This document shows, piece after piece, positions 52,132 through 61,049 of a stretch of DNA of 62,928 nt. The notes under the pieces were generated by a model. It saw nothing but the letters and a program-made list of their open reading frames with translations. It did no database searches and was not told the DNA's origin. The DNA is taken from NCBI GenBank assembly GCA_963749155.1, contig CAVVLO010000007.1:1-62928 (forward strand), in the 5' to 3' direction. This stretch comes from an uncultured Armatimonadia bacterium. GTDB taxonomy: Bacteria > Armatimonadota > Zipacnadia > CAVVLO01. The translations under genes and the position numbers were made by a program. Positions within the stretch are counted from its first letter, which is position 1; the number at the start of each line of letters is the position of its first letter.

Positions 52132-53661
52132 ATGAAGCTCCTGTTTGTTCTCGTGCTGGCCTTTTGCGCACTAGCCGCTTCGTCCTGCAAGGCACAAGGC
52201 TGGTCTGTAAATCAGTCACCAGGCGGCCCTTATTTTCCTGTAAGCGCAGACCAGGTCGCCAGGTTGGCAAGCTTCAAATCAGGCGAGCCGCTAGTAACGA
52301 CCGCCTTCTTCTACTGGTACGACCAACCGAGTGGCGAGCACTGGGTACTAAGGGACAAGGATTACCTTACCGACCATCCTGTGGATGCCAACGGTTACAG
52401 CTACAAAAATACTGCCTGGTGGAAGCGCCACTTTGAGGAAGTGAGCGAGGCAGGCATTGATGTTGTGCTGCTGGTGTGGTGGGGCGACCCCCTTCATGAG
52501 GATTTCGCCTGGAGCCGCGCCGGCCTGCCGCATGCCGTAGCTGCTTACCGTCAACTCGAGCGGGAGGGCAAGCAACCGCCCAGGCTTGGGATGTTTTACG
52601 ACACCTCGACTCTGTGGCGCACTCCTCACGACCTCAACACAGCAGAAGGACGAGACTGGATGTATGTCTCGCTGCGCGACTTCTGGACCTATCTGCCACC
52701 CGACACCTGGGCGCTGGTAGATGGCAAGCCGCTGGTCTTTCTCTATGCGGCAGTGAAGCCCGAATTCCGCTCGCAGGAAGCGGTAGACCTTTGTTATGAG
52801 CGCTTTGCGCGCGATTTTAGCTGTGAACCCTACATCGTTGCAGAGGTCAGTTGGGCACCGATGAGATTTGATTCAGTCTACGCCTGGGGCGGCGCGGTCA
52901 GCGCGCGGTATCAGGAGGTCGCCTCCATCGGGCCGGGCTTCGACAGCACAGCAGTACCGAACGGTAAACTGCTGCGTGAGCGCGAGGGGGGCAAGACCTA
53001 TTCTGATGGCTGGGAAGGCCTGCTGCGGATGCGTCCTGACAGGCGCAGCTGGATGGTGATGATTGAGACCTGGAACGAGCTGCACGAAGCCACGGAGATT
53101 TCTGAGACCGTCGAGTATGGCCGCCAGTACCTCGACCTCACGCGCAACTACACCTCGCTATTCAAGCAAGGAGCGCAGCTACCTGGTTCGGGCGACTTCG
53201 AAGGCGCCCGGCAGGTCAGCCTCAAGTTGCAGGGCGACAAGTCTGAAGGCATCACTCCAGCATCCACGGCTGATGGGGCCTGGGAGCTTGCCGATTATGA
53301 AGGCAGTCAGGTCATACGGATGGCGCAAGGCTCGGGGCCAGGCCACTTCCTCTATTTCGCTGTAGACGACTCCTTCTGGTTCGATGGTGAAGGGCCGATT
53401 GAGCTCGTAGTAGAATACTGGGCTACTCCAGGTGTAAACCTGTCGCTGGAGTATGATTCCTCTGATACGGCCGCAAGTCATTCAGGCGCCTACAAGCTGA
53501 TGGTTGTCGAGACACAGCGAGAAGGTTGGACAACGGCTCTTTTTCGCCTCGAGGACGCCCGCTTTATTAACAGGCAGAATGCCAGAGCCGATCTGCGTTT
53601 GTCTGGCGGCGAGTCGCTGGCCGTCCGGGCACTCACTCTCAGCAAGCTGAAAGAGGACTGA
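52132..53661 (+). CDS. Secreted GH99/GH71-like (DUF5010-like) glycoside hydrolase with a C-terminal CBM-like domain
   Basis: Signal peptide; FFYWY, GIDVVLLVWWG, GMFYDT, DGKPLVFLY, GPGFD, ETWNELHEAT; GAGGAGG RBS. Confidence 0.8.
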   Translation: MKLLFVLVLAFCALAASSCKAQGWSVNQSPGGPYFPVSADQVARLASFKSGEPLVTTAFFYWYDQPSGEHWVLRDKDYLTDHPVDANGYSYKNTAWWKRHFEEVSEAGIDVVLLVWWGDPLHEDFAWSRAGLPHAVAAYRQLEREGKQPPRLGMFYDTSTLWRTPHDLNTAEGRDWMYVSLRDFWTYLPPDTWALVDGKPLVFLYAAVKPEFRSQEAVDLCYERFARDFSCEPYIVAEVSWAPMRFDSVYAWGGAVSARYQEVASIGPGFDSTAVPNGKLLREREGGKTYSDGWEGLLRMRPDRRSWMVMIETWNELHEATEISETVEYGRQYLDLTRNYTSLFKQGAQLPGSGDFEGARQVSLKLQGDKSEGITPASTADGAWELADYEGSQVIRMAQGSGPGHFLYFAVDDSFWFDGEGPIELVVEYWATPGVNLSLEYDSSDTAASHSGAYKLMVVETQREGWTTALFRLEDARFINRQNARADLRLSGGESLAVRALTLSKLKED

Positions 53662-53663
53662 AC

Positions 53664-54632
53664 TTGGCCACTCTGATAGCCTCAACCAACGAGCTACAAC
53701 GCCTTATCGACTGCTCTGATTTCACCTGGCGGTTGCTTATCAAAAGGGCGGTCGGGCTGGGCAATGTGCTGATGCTCTTGCCGGTGCTGGAGAGCGTAAA
53801 AAGCGCTAATCCTGCGCTGCGGTTTGCCTTGCTTACGACACCCGCAATCGCGCCCCTGCTGTCGGCGGTAACCTTCCTTGACGCCGTGGAGACCGACGCT
53901 GGCGCGGCCGAAAGATATGACTGGCTGCTGGACCTCGATGCTACAACTCTAAGCCCCGAGCTTGCCGAGGAGGGAGAGCGCGTCCACAAGCGAGATGTTT
54001 TCGCCGAGTTATTTGGCCTCGTGCCCGAAGAAGTCGAAGCTGGCTGGCGGCTTGGCCTTCCCCCTCGCCCCGAGAGCGCCGCTCTGGACGCTCTGCCTGC
54101 CGAACGCTATCTCGTGCTGGCTGGAGAGGCCACTCATCGTTTTCGCGAGCTGCCTGATTACCTGCTTGTCGCGCTGGACAGCTTCGCCCAGGCGGCGGAG
54201 ATACCCCTCGTTGTGGTAGGTCAGAAGACTTCCCCCGCGCTCGAAAGTGCCCTCGACCTGCGCGGACAGACCAGCCTGGTAGAACTCGCCTGGGTCGTCG
54301 CTGGGGCCGGCCTCGTTGTCGGCGCTGACAGCGGGGTCGTGCATCTGGCTGGGGCCACTGGCGCGCCGATTGCGGCCATCTTCGGCGGGATAGATCCTCT
54401 GCTTCGGCTTCAATACTATGAAAACTGGCTCGCTCTGCAGGCGGCTCTGCCCTGTGCTCCTTGCAACAAGCACGAGGAACGCTGCGACTTCCGTATCGAT
54501 TGTCTGAGCTTGCTGCCAGCGCGGTTGGTCTGGGAGGCGTTGCTTGCTCAGTGGAAGGCCCCCAGGCTGCGAGGCGTGGTGCGTCTCCAGACCGAGCAAG
54601 AGGACACTTCCGCCTCGGGTGAGGCTCCCTGA
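53664..54632 (+). CDS. Glycosyltransferase family 9
   Basis: GLGNVL, DLRGQTSL, GADSGVVHLA, IFG, CAPC. Confidence 0.85.
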   Translation: MATLIASTNELQRLIDCSDFTWRLLIKRAVGLGNVLMLLPVLESVKSANPALRFALLTTPAIAPLLSAVTFLDAVETDAGAAERYDWLLDLDATTLSPELAEEGERVHKRDVFAELFGLVPEEVEAGWRLGLPPRPESAALDALPAERYLVLAGEATHRFRELPDYLLVALDSFAQAAEIPLVVVGQKTSPALESALDLRGQTSLVELAWVVAGAGLVVGADSGVVHLAGATGAPIAAIFGGIDPLLRLQYYENWLALQAALPCAPCNKHEERCDFRIDCLSLLPARLVWEALLAQWKAPRLRGVVRLQTEQEDTSASGEAP

Positions 54633-54658
54633 ATATACGTCAGGCTGAAAATCATCGC

Positions 54659-56425
54659 GTGCTTCTCTGTGGCTTGTTGCTTACGCTGGGGGCTATCTGC
54701 CTTATCTTCCCCTCACTTGGCGTGCCCTACCTGTGGGAGGATGAAGCCGAGACAGCAGTCCTGGCGCGCAACCTGCTCTCTCACGGCTTCCCCACCCCCT
54801 GGGATGGCGAGCATCTCGTCACTCAGCAGGCAGGGCGCGACTTTATCAAAATCGGCGATCAACTGGTCTGGACCTGGCATCCCTGGTTGCAGCATTACGT
54901 CTGTGCGGCCAGTTTCGCCCTTTTCGGAGAGGGCACAAAGCAGGCGCGGCTGCCCTTTGCGCTGATTGGCCTGGCTTCGGTGCCACTGTTTTATGCCTGG
55001 CGACTCAGAAGGCAGCCTGCCGGGGCAGCGGCGGTTACCACTTTGCTTTATGTGACGTCGCTCACCTTTCTGCTGTTTACGCGCCAGTGCAGGTATTACC
55101 CTCTGTTATTTCTCGCTGGAGTGCTTGTCTGGTGGCATTATGAGACCCTGGTCTGGGGCGCGCCTGACAAGCAGAAAGGCCGCTGGTGGAAGCTGGGCCT
55201 TGCGCTTGCGCTCCTGTTCTATTCCAACTCGCTGTCGGCTGTTGGGCTTGTGGCAGGACTGCTCGTGCACTCGCTGCTTATCCGGCGCGCGTCTCCCGCC
55301 GCCTGGCATCAGACGCTGAAGGCCTGCGCCTTGTTTTTTGTGCTCGCCCTGCCCTGGATCTGCCTGATGGTGATCTCGGAGGTCGGCATCGCCGATTTTT
55401 CGCTTGGTGAGCGTTGGCTGCTGCTTGTCGCGCTGCTTTGGGGCTTTCAGTATTCGATGCTGCCGGCGGCGCTGTGGCCTGTGCAGGTGTGGATGTTCTT
55501 CAGATGGAGGGGGCGGTTTAATCCAGAGGCTGTGCTGGCGCGGCGCGAGATGGGCCTTTTGACCGTGGTTGCGTCCTCCACGATACTGATTGTGCTTGCG
55601 GTAGGCCCGGTTGCCAGTATGCGTTATCTGCTTGCCTTATGGCCCTTGTGCGCCGCGGTGCTTGGCGCCTTATGGGCGCAGCTCAACTACGTGCGCCCGT
55701 GGATTGGCGCCACTCTGATTGCCCTCTTGCTGCTTTCCAACTGGTTGCAGGCGCTGCCTGTGATGCCGCTTGCCCTGGCTGGCTATGCCAGGGTCGAAGA
55801 AAAACCTCTCGTCAATCTGGAAGAGCTGGCCGAGCCGGATTCCTTCCTGGTCGAGTATATCGAAGACCTGCTCGATGTAAATCCACCCCAACCCTTGCGA
55901 GAGGCCATCCGCACCCAGATGCTTCACGTGGCCCAACTTGGCTTGCCGACCTCTCCCCTGCTGCTTTATGCGGGCGAGCTTGCCTATTACAGCCAGGGGC
56001 CGGTCGAGGGGATGCTTCAAGGCGCAACCTTGCTAGGGCAGGAGGCTCGCCTGATTGTCACCAATTATGACTGGGAGAGCCTCAACTTCTACCTCAGAGT
56101 GCCTGTTGGACTGCATCCTGGCGAGCAGGAGACACGCAAGCGGTTTGGCCTGCCTGCGCTCGACCTGGCGCGTACCGACCTGCTTATACCGCGAGATGAC
56201 TGGCGAAAGCTCCCCGCCGAGATAACCAGGACAGGAAAGTTTGTGTTGCTGCCAATCCAGGGGCCGGACTACCAATTCGAGAACCTTCCGGACTATACTC
56301 TCCACAGGTTTGGCGTTCAGAAGGCGCCTCCCTTGAAAGTCTATGCTCGCCAGTCCCGGCTGCTCGAGCAGCTTAAAGAGGGCAGAAACAAAGTGCTTGG
56401 CCAGGCCCAGGAGACTCAGCGATGA
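54659..56425 (+). CDS. GT-C fold membrane glycosyltransferase (ArnT/PMT-like, GT83/GT39)
   Basis: LWEDEAETA motif after TM1, ARLPFAL, RQCRYY, many TM helices, C-terminal periplasmic domain. Confidence 0.85.
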   Translation: MLLCGLLLTLGAICLIFPSLGVPYLWEDEAETAVLARNLLSHGFPTPWDGEHLVTQQAGRDFIKIGDQLVWTWHPWLQHYVCAASFALFGEGTKQARLPFALIGLASVPLFYAWRLRRQPAGAAAVTTLLYVTSLTFLLFTRQCRYYPLLFLAGVLVWWHYETLVWGAPDKQKGRWWKLGLALALLFYSNSLSAVGLVAGLLVHSLLIRRASPAAWHQTLKACALFFVLALPWICLMVISEVGIADFSLGERWLLLVALLWGFQYSMLPAALWPVQVWMFFRWRGRFNPEAVLARREMGLLTVVASSTILIVLAVGPVASMRYLLALWPLCAAVLGALWAQLNYVRPWIGATLIALLLLSNWLQALPVMPLALAGYARVEEKPLVNLEELAEPDSFLVEYIEDLLDVNPPQPLREAIRTQMLHVAQLGLPTSPLLLYAGELAYYSQGPVEGMLQGATLLGQEARLIVTNYDWESLNFYLRVPVGLHPGEQETRKRFGLPALDLARTDLLIPRDDWRKLPAEITRTGKFVLLPIQGPDYQFENLPDYTLHRFGVQKAPPLKVYARQSRLLEQLKEGRNKVLGQAQETQR

Positions 56426-58056
56426 CCAACTCGCCCAAACAGAGCCTCGCTTTTGCTCTGCTTGCCACGTGTATCGCGGCTTGCTTCTTGCTGCCTTCTC
56501 TCGGGCGAGAACTGCTTTGGGAGGACGAGGCCGAGACGGCGCTGCTCGCGCGCAGTATCCTCGTCCACGGCTACCCTTGTCCCTGGGATGGAGAGCATCT
56601 CATCACTCAGCAAGGCGGGCGCGACTTCGTCTGGCTAGGCGACAAACTCGTCTGGACCTGGCATCCCTGGCTGCAGCATTATCTGACTGCCGCCAGTTTT
56701 GCTCTTTTCGGCGAAGGCACCACCCAGGCCAGGTTGCCCTTCGCTCTGGTCGGCTTGCTGACCGTGCCGGTGTTCTTCTTCTGGCGCGCCAAAGCCACTG
56801 ACCCAAGGCGCGCGATGGTCGCAACGTTAATCCTGGTGCTGTCCGTGACCTTTCTGCTGTTCTCGCGCCAGTGCAGATACTATCCCTTGCTCTTTCTCTC
56901 GGGCGCGCTGGTCTTCTGGCAATATGAAGGCCTGGGCCAACTGCTGGATGCCAAACCTCGCGGTGGCTGGATAAAACTGGGGCTGGCGCTGGGCCTGATG
57001 TTTTGGGCCAACACGCTGTCGGCAACGCTGGTAGTCAGCGGTTTGCTTTTACACTCGCTGCTGATGCTGCGGACCAATCGGGCGCTGTTTGGGGGACTGT
57101 TGAAAAGCCTGGTGCTGCTTGGCCTGCTTGCCTCGCCGTGGCTTTGGCTGATGGCGCAGGCCAATGTCGGCACCAGCTATATGACCTCTGCCGACCGGCT
57201 ACTGTTGCTCTTCTCTCAGACCTGGCGGTTCCATTATATGATTCTGCCGGCGCTGCTCTGGCTGCCCCTTTGGTGGTATTGGTGGAAAGGACGCAAGCCT
57301 GAAAGCGAAGTTGCTCCCCTTTTGCGTTTCGAGACAGGCCTGCTGACCCTCCTCGCTGTAGTTGGCATCGTAATCACCTCTGCCATCGCGCCACTGGGAG
57401 GGGTGCGTTATCTGTTGCCCTTGCTTCCCCTTGGACTGGCCTGCGCGGAGGGACTGTGGGCAAAGTGGCAACCTCGGAGGACTGGCTGGGCAGCTGCCTT
57501 CGTTGCGATTTTAACACTTACCAACCTGTTCGCTGCTCTGCCGGTGATGCCTTGTTGGCTCTCTAATGCCACAGCGGCCCAATTCCAGGTTGGTTACAGC
57601 GAACTGGACAGGATGGGCGTTCTGGGCAGGCCGAATTCACCAATTGCGGATTATCTGCTTGAGCTTGGTCAGCCTAATCCAGGCCCCGTGACAACGATGG
57701 TTGAGGCTCTGAGACAGTTACCGGTAAAACCGAGACTCGTCTTGACGAACTATGCCTGGGAACCGCTAAGGTTCTATCTGAACCTCCCTGCCGGCCTGCA
57801 CCAGGGGGAGCCAGAGGGGCGGCTTCTTGCCAAGGCGCCTCCTTTCGATTTCAATCAGGTAGATATGGTCATCCCCCGCGCCGGGTGGGGCGAGTTACCG
57901 ATAAAAGTTGAGGGAGATCCCGCCTGGCAGGAGTTTGTGGTAGGGCCGGATTATCAGTTCGAGAACATACCAGACCCGACCAGCCACAGATATTATGCCC
58001 ACGAGGCGCCCCTGCTGAAGGTATACATTAAAAAAGAACTGCTCCAGGGGCCTTAG
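56422..58056 (+). CDS. GT-C fold membrane glycosyltransferase, tandem paralog of the previous gene
   Basis: Same LWEDEAETA, WTWHPWLQHY, RQCRYYPLLF and GPDYQFEN motifs; ATGA overlap. Confidence 0.85.
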   Translation: MTNSPKQSLAFALLATCIAACFLLPSLGRELLWEDEAETALLARSILVHGYPCPWDGEHLITQQGGRDFVWLGDKLVWTWHPWLQHYLTAASFALFGEGTTQARLPFALVGLLTVPVFFFWRAKATDPRRAMVATLILVLSVTFLLFSRQCRYYPLLFLSGALVFWQYEGLGQLLDAKPRGGWIKLGLALGLMFWANTLSATLVVSGLLLHSLLMLRTNRALFGGLLKSLVLLGLLASPWLWLMAQANVGTSYMTSADRLLLLFSQTWRFHYMILPALLWLPLWWYWWKGRKPESEVAPLLRFETGLLTLLAVVGIVITSAIAPLGGVRYLLPLLPLGLACAEGLWAKWQPRRTGWAAAFVAILTLTNLFAALPVMPCWLSNATAAQFQVGYSELDRMGVLGRPNSPIADYLLELGQPNPGPVTTMVEALRQLPVKPRLVLTNYAWEPLRFYLNLPAGLHQGEPEGRLLAKAPPFDFNQVDMVIPRAGWGELPIKVEGDPAWQEFVVGPDYQFENIPDPTSHRYYAHEAPLLKVYIKKELLQGP

Positions 58057-58073
58057 TGCCCTCGGAGCAGTTC
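58030..58073 (-). terminator. Terminator for glgC overlapping the 3' end of the convergent GT-C gene
   Basis: GAACTGCTCC...GGAGCAGTTC 10-bp stem with an adjacent A6 tract (U-tract on the minus strand). Confidence 0.6.
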
Positions 58074-58096
58074 GCTGACCTGGACTGCCTGCTCGC

Positions 58097-59359
58097 CTAG
58101 ATGACTGTGCCGCTTGGGATTATCGCATCCTTCGGGATAAGCGCTATCCCGTCGCGTATGTAAAAGCCGTCGCCGTCCAGATGAGGAGGCTTGTCAGCAG
58201 GGCTTATTGTTACCCCATCGCCTATCCGGGCGTTCTTGTCGATGATGGCGTGACTGATATAGCAGTTCTTCCCGATGCCCGTGACCGGCCCATTAAGCTC
58301 GCGACCGTTGTCGAGGTCGTAGTAGTCAGAGCCCATCAGATAACTGTCCTCGATGACCGTCCCCTCGCCAATCCTCTGACGCAGTCCGATGACAGAGCGG
58401 GTTATCCTGGCGCGCTCGATAAGGCAGCCATCGCCCATCAGCATATGGTCTATCTCGCACTTGTTTACCTTGCTGCAGGGCAGGAAGCGCGCGCGCGTGT
58501 AGATAGGCCGCTCTTCATCGTAGAAGTTGAAAGGAGGCCTGGGCCAGGCCAGCGACAGGTTGGCCTCGTAGAAAGTCCTGACGGTACCGATATCTTCCCA
58601 ATACCCGTGATGGAGGAAAGGCACGACCTGCTTGCTTGCGACGCAAAGCGGGATGATATCACTGCCGAAGTCGGGCCTGTCGGTCTCCAGCATCGAATAC
58701 AACAGTTGCTTGGTGAAGACATACATACCCATCGAGGCCAGATACCAGTCGCCTTGCCCATCAAAGCCAATCGCTCGCTTGGCTTCTTCGGTGAGCAGAT
58801 AGGCGCCCAGCGCCTCGGGTTTGGGCTTCTCAATGAAGCTGACGACCCGTCCCTGATTATCGACGCCCATTATCCCAAAGCGGGAAGTCTCCTCGGCGCG
58901 CACAGGTTTCACGGCCAGGGTGAGGTCGGCGTTCGTGTCGAGGTGCTTCTGCACCATATCTTCGAGGCGCATCCTGTAGAGATGGTCGCCGGCCAGGATG
59001 ACCGTATGGTCGAATTTATGCGGATCGAAATGCTGCAGGTTGCGCCTGACGGCGTCTGCGGTGCCCTGATACCAGTCGAATTCTCCATAGCGCTGCTCGG
59101 CTGCGAGGATATAGACATACCCCCCGCCGTAGACGTCGAATTTGTAGGTGGCATTGATATGCCTGTGAAGCGAGGCCGAGTTGAACTGCGTCAGCACGAA
59201 GATCTGCCGCAGTCCCGAGTTGATTGCGTTGCTGATGGGGATGTCGGCCAGCCGGTACTTGCCGGCGACCGGCACGGCAGGTTTGGCCCGCATCAGCGTT
59301 AACGGGAAGAGCCGAGTGCCTCTGCCGCCTCCGAGTACCATCGTGAGGATGTTATCCAC
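58097..59359 (-). CDS. glgC: Glucose-1-phosphate adenylyltransferase (ADP-glucose pyrophosphorylase)
   Basis: GGGRGTRLFPLT, RAKPAVP, QFNSASL, WYQGTADAV, FIEKP, ASMGMY, DFG, YWEDIGT, IIDKNARIG. Confidence 0.96.
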   Translation of the reverse strand: MDNILTMVLGGGRGTRLFPLTLMRAKPAVPVAGKYRLADIPISNAINSGLRQIFVLTQFNSASLHRHINATYKFDVYGGGYVYILAAEQRYGEFDWYQGTADAVRRNLQHFDPHKFDHTVILAGDHLYRMRLEDMVQKHLDTNADLTLAVKPVRAEETSRFGIMGVDNQGRVVSFIEKPKPEALGAYLLTEEAKRAIGFDGQGDWYLASMGMYVFTKQLLYSMLETDRPDFGSDIIPLCVASKQVVPFLHHGYWEDIGTVRTFYEANLSLAWPRPPFNFYDEERPIYTRARFLPCSKVNKCEIDHMLMGDGCLIERARITRSVIGLRQRIGEGTVIEDSYLMGSDYYDLDNGRELNGPVTGIGKNCYISHAIIDKNARIGDGVTISPADKPPHLDGDGFYIRDGIALIPKDAIIPSGTVI

Positions 59360-59459
59360 GCGATCAACTCCCCTGCTTGTGTATCAGGATGCTTTCTATC
59401 CTTATCGTACCTGCCTTGCGGGCTTTGGGGCAAGAGGAAAAGAGACGGCGCTTTGGCTT

Positions 59460-59819
59460 TTAGAACTGCCCTGTCCCCAGCATCACCAACGTACAGGCCT
59501 CGACTACTTCGACGTCCTGCTCCTCCAGGCGCTGCATCAGCGCCGGATTCTCGGTGCCTGGGTTGAATATGACACGTTTTGCGTTCGCGGCGACGAGTTC
59601 GTCGGCCACTTTGTCCGAGTTCTCGGGTGAGAGATAGACAGTTATCGTGTCCAGCGGTTCGGGCACCTCTGAAAGGCTCGCGTATACCTTGATACCCTCG
59701 ATCTCGGTGAGCTTGGGATGCACGGGAAAGACCGTGTGCCCGTGACCTTCGAGGCGTTTCACGGCTTTATAACTGTAACGGTCGGGCTTGTTGCTTGCGC
59801 CCAGCACGGCGACGTTCAT
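59460..59819 (-). CDS. CoA-binding domain protein (YccU-like)
   Basis: VAVLGASNKPDRYS, PVHP, FNPGTEN, ACTLV; AAGGAGG RBS. Confidence 0.9.
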   Translation of the reverse strand: MNVAVLGASNKPDRYSYKAVKRLEGHGHTVFPVHPKLTEIEGIKVYASLSEVPEPLDTITVYLSPENSDKVADELVAANAKRVIFNPGTENPALMQRLEEQDVEVVEACTLVMLGTGQF

Positions 59820-59889
59820 CAGGTTGCCTCCTTTATGCCTTTGGCCAGAAGGCGCCGGATGGCTCCGGACGCCCTCCGGATGGGAAGAC

Positions 59890-61020
59890 CTAGATACCCT
59901 TCGCCTGCTCTTCGCGGCGGTCGAGATTGGGCTCATCCAGCCCAATATGCGGATGAGGCAGCAGGTCCATATCCGGCCTCGGCAGTCGGGCTTCGACTGG
60001 CAGTAAATCAGGGAACTGCTTATGTGGAAGCGTCTGATACCAGTACGCCGTGCTGCTCCAGTCGTCCGACCGGTTGTTCGCGTGACCGTGTTCGATGGAT
60101 ACCCGGATGGACTCGTTGAATATAACCGGATCCAGCAGATGGTAGCGATAGACTGTTATCCGCTCGTTATAGCTGCGGAAGGTGCCTGGCTTATGGTAGC
60201 TGACGCCGTTGTAGGGGCCGTGGTTGTGCGGCTGCATCCCCCAGGCGTGGTTGAAGTAGTCCTCCGAGCCTGTGCCGTGCAGGTCGGGTGGCCACTTCTG
60301 CCCGTCAATCATCATCATATCGTCGCCCTCGCCCCACCAGCCGCCATAGAGGTTGTGGATGGAGGAGTTGCAACCGACATAGTGACCTGCGCCTTCGGCC
60401 TCGAGAATCAGGTGGTTGTACTTGTCGGTCAGGTTCTGGGCGGGCCAGACGGCCTCATTCATCGGCGGACTGCCCTGCGGGTGGCGCTGCACCCACCAGC
60501 CATCGGTTGGATTATCTCTGCGCCAGGTGGCATGGAAGCGCAAGTCACTCGGCGCCTCGGGCATCGCGTCATAGTCCACCATAAAGTAGAAAGCGTTGCA
60601 CCTGCCGGCGCTCTGGTTCTCGATCTCGACGCGCGCTCCCTTGGCGAAGGGCATCTGGAAATAGCAGTTCATAGCCGCGTGCTGGTCATCGCCCTGGTTG
60701 GCGGACATCGAAAGCACCAGGCTGTGGTAGGAAGCGACCCGGGCGTGGCCGACGCCGAAGAAATCTCCAAGCGGTGTCTCGACGCTGGGATAGTCCATCC
60801 CGTCCCAGAAAATCCGCAGCACGACCTCTCGCAGGTAGTTCTGGCTTTCATGCGCGACCGTGAACCAGATATGCCGGATGCACCCGGCGCCGTGGATATC
60901 GGCCAGCGTATGGCTTGCGCCTGGCTCGATGGGATGGGCGTCGCCGTTGCAGCCGGTGACATCGTAACTGGAGATGCGCTTACTGCTTCCGACGCGCCGG
61001 TAGATAAGCTGATCAAGCAT
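59890..61020 (-). CDS. GH172 (DUF2961) glycoside hydrolase, no signal peptide
   Basis: SSYD, GAGCIRHIWFT, PSVETPLGDFFG, NCYFQMPF, WWGEGDD, GTGSEDYF, SIEHGHAN, STAYWYQ. Confidence 0.92.
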   Translation of the reverse strand: MLDQLIYRRVGSSKRISSYDVTGCNGDAHPIEPGASHTLADIHGAGCIRHIWFTVAHESQNYLREVVLRIFWDGMDYPSVETPLGDFFGVGHARVASYHSLVLSMSANQGDDQHAAMNCYFQMPFAKGARVEIENQSAGRCNAFYFMVDYDAMPEAPSDLRFHATWRRDNPTDGWWVQRHPQGSPPMNEAVWPAQNLTDKYNHLILEAEGAGHYVGCNSSIHNLYGGWWGEGDDMMMIDGQKWPPDLHGTGSEDYFNHAWGMQPHNHGPYNGVSYHKPGTFRSYNERITVYRYHLLDPVIFNESIRVSIEHGHANNRSDDWSSTAYWYQTLPHKQFPDLLPVEARLPRPDMDLLPHPHIGLDEPNLDRREEQAKGI

Positions 61021-61049
61021 TTGGAAGCCTCCTTCAGGCTCTCAGGATT

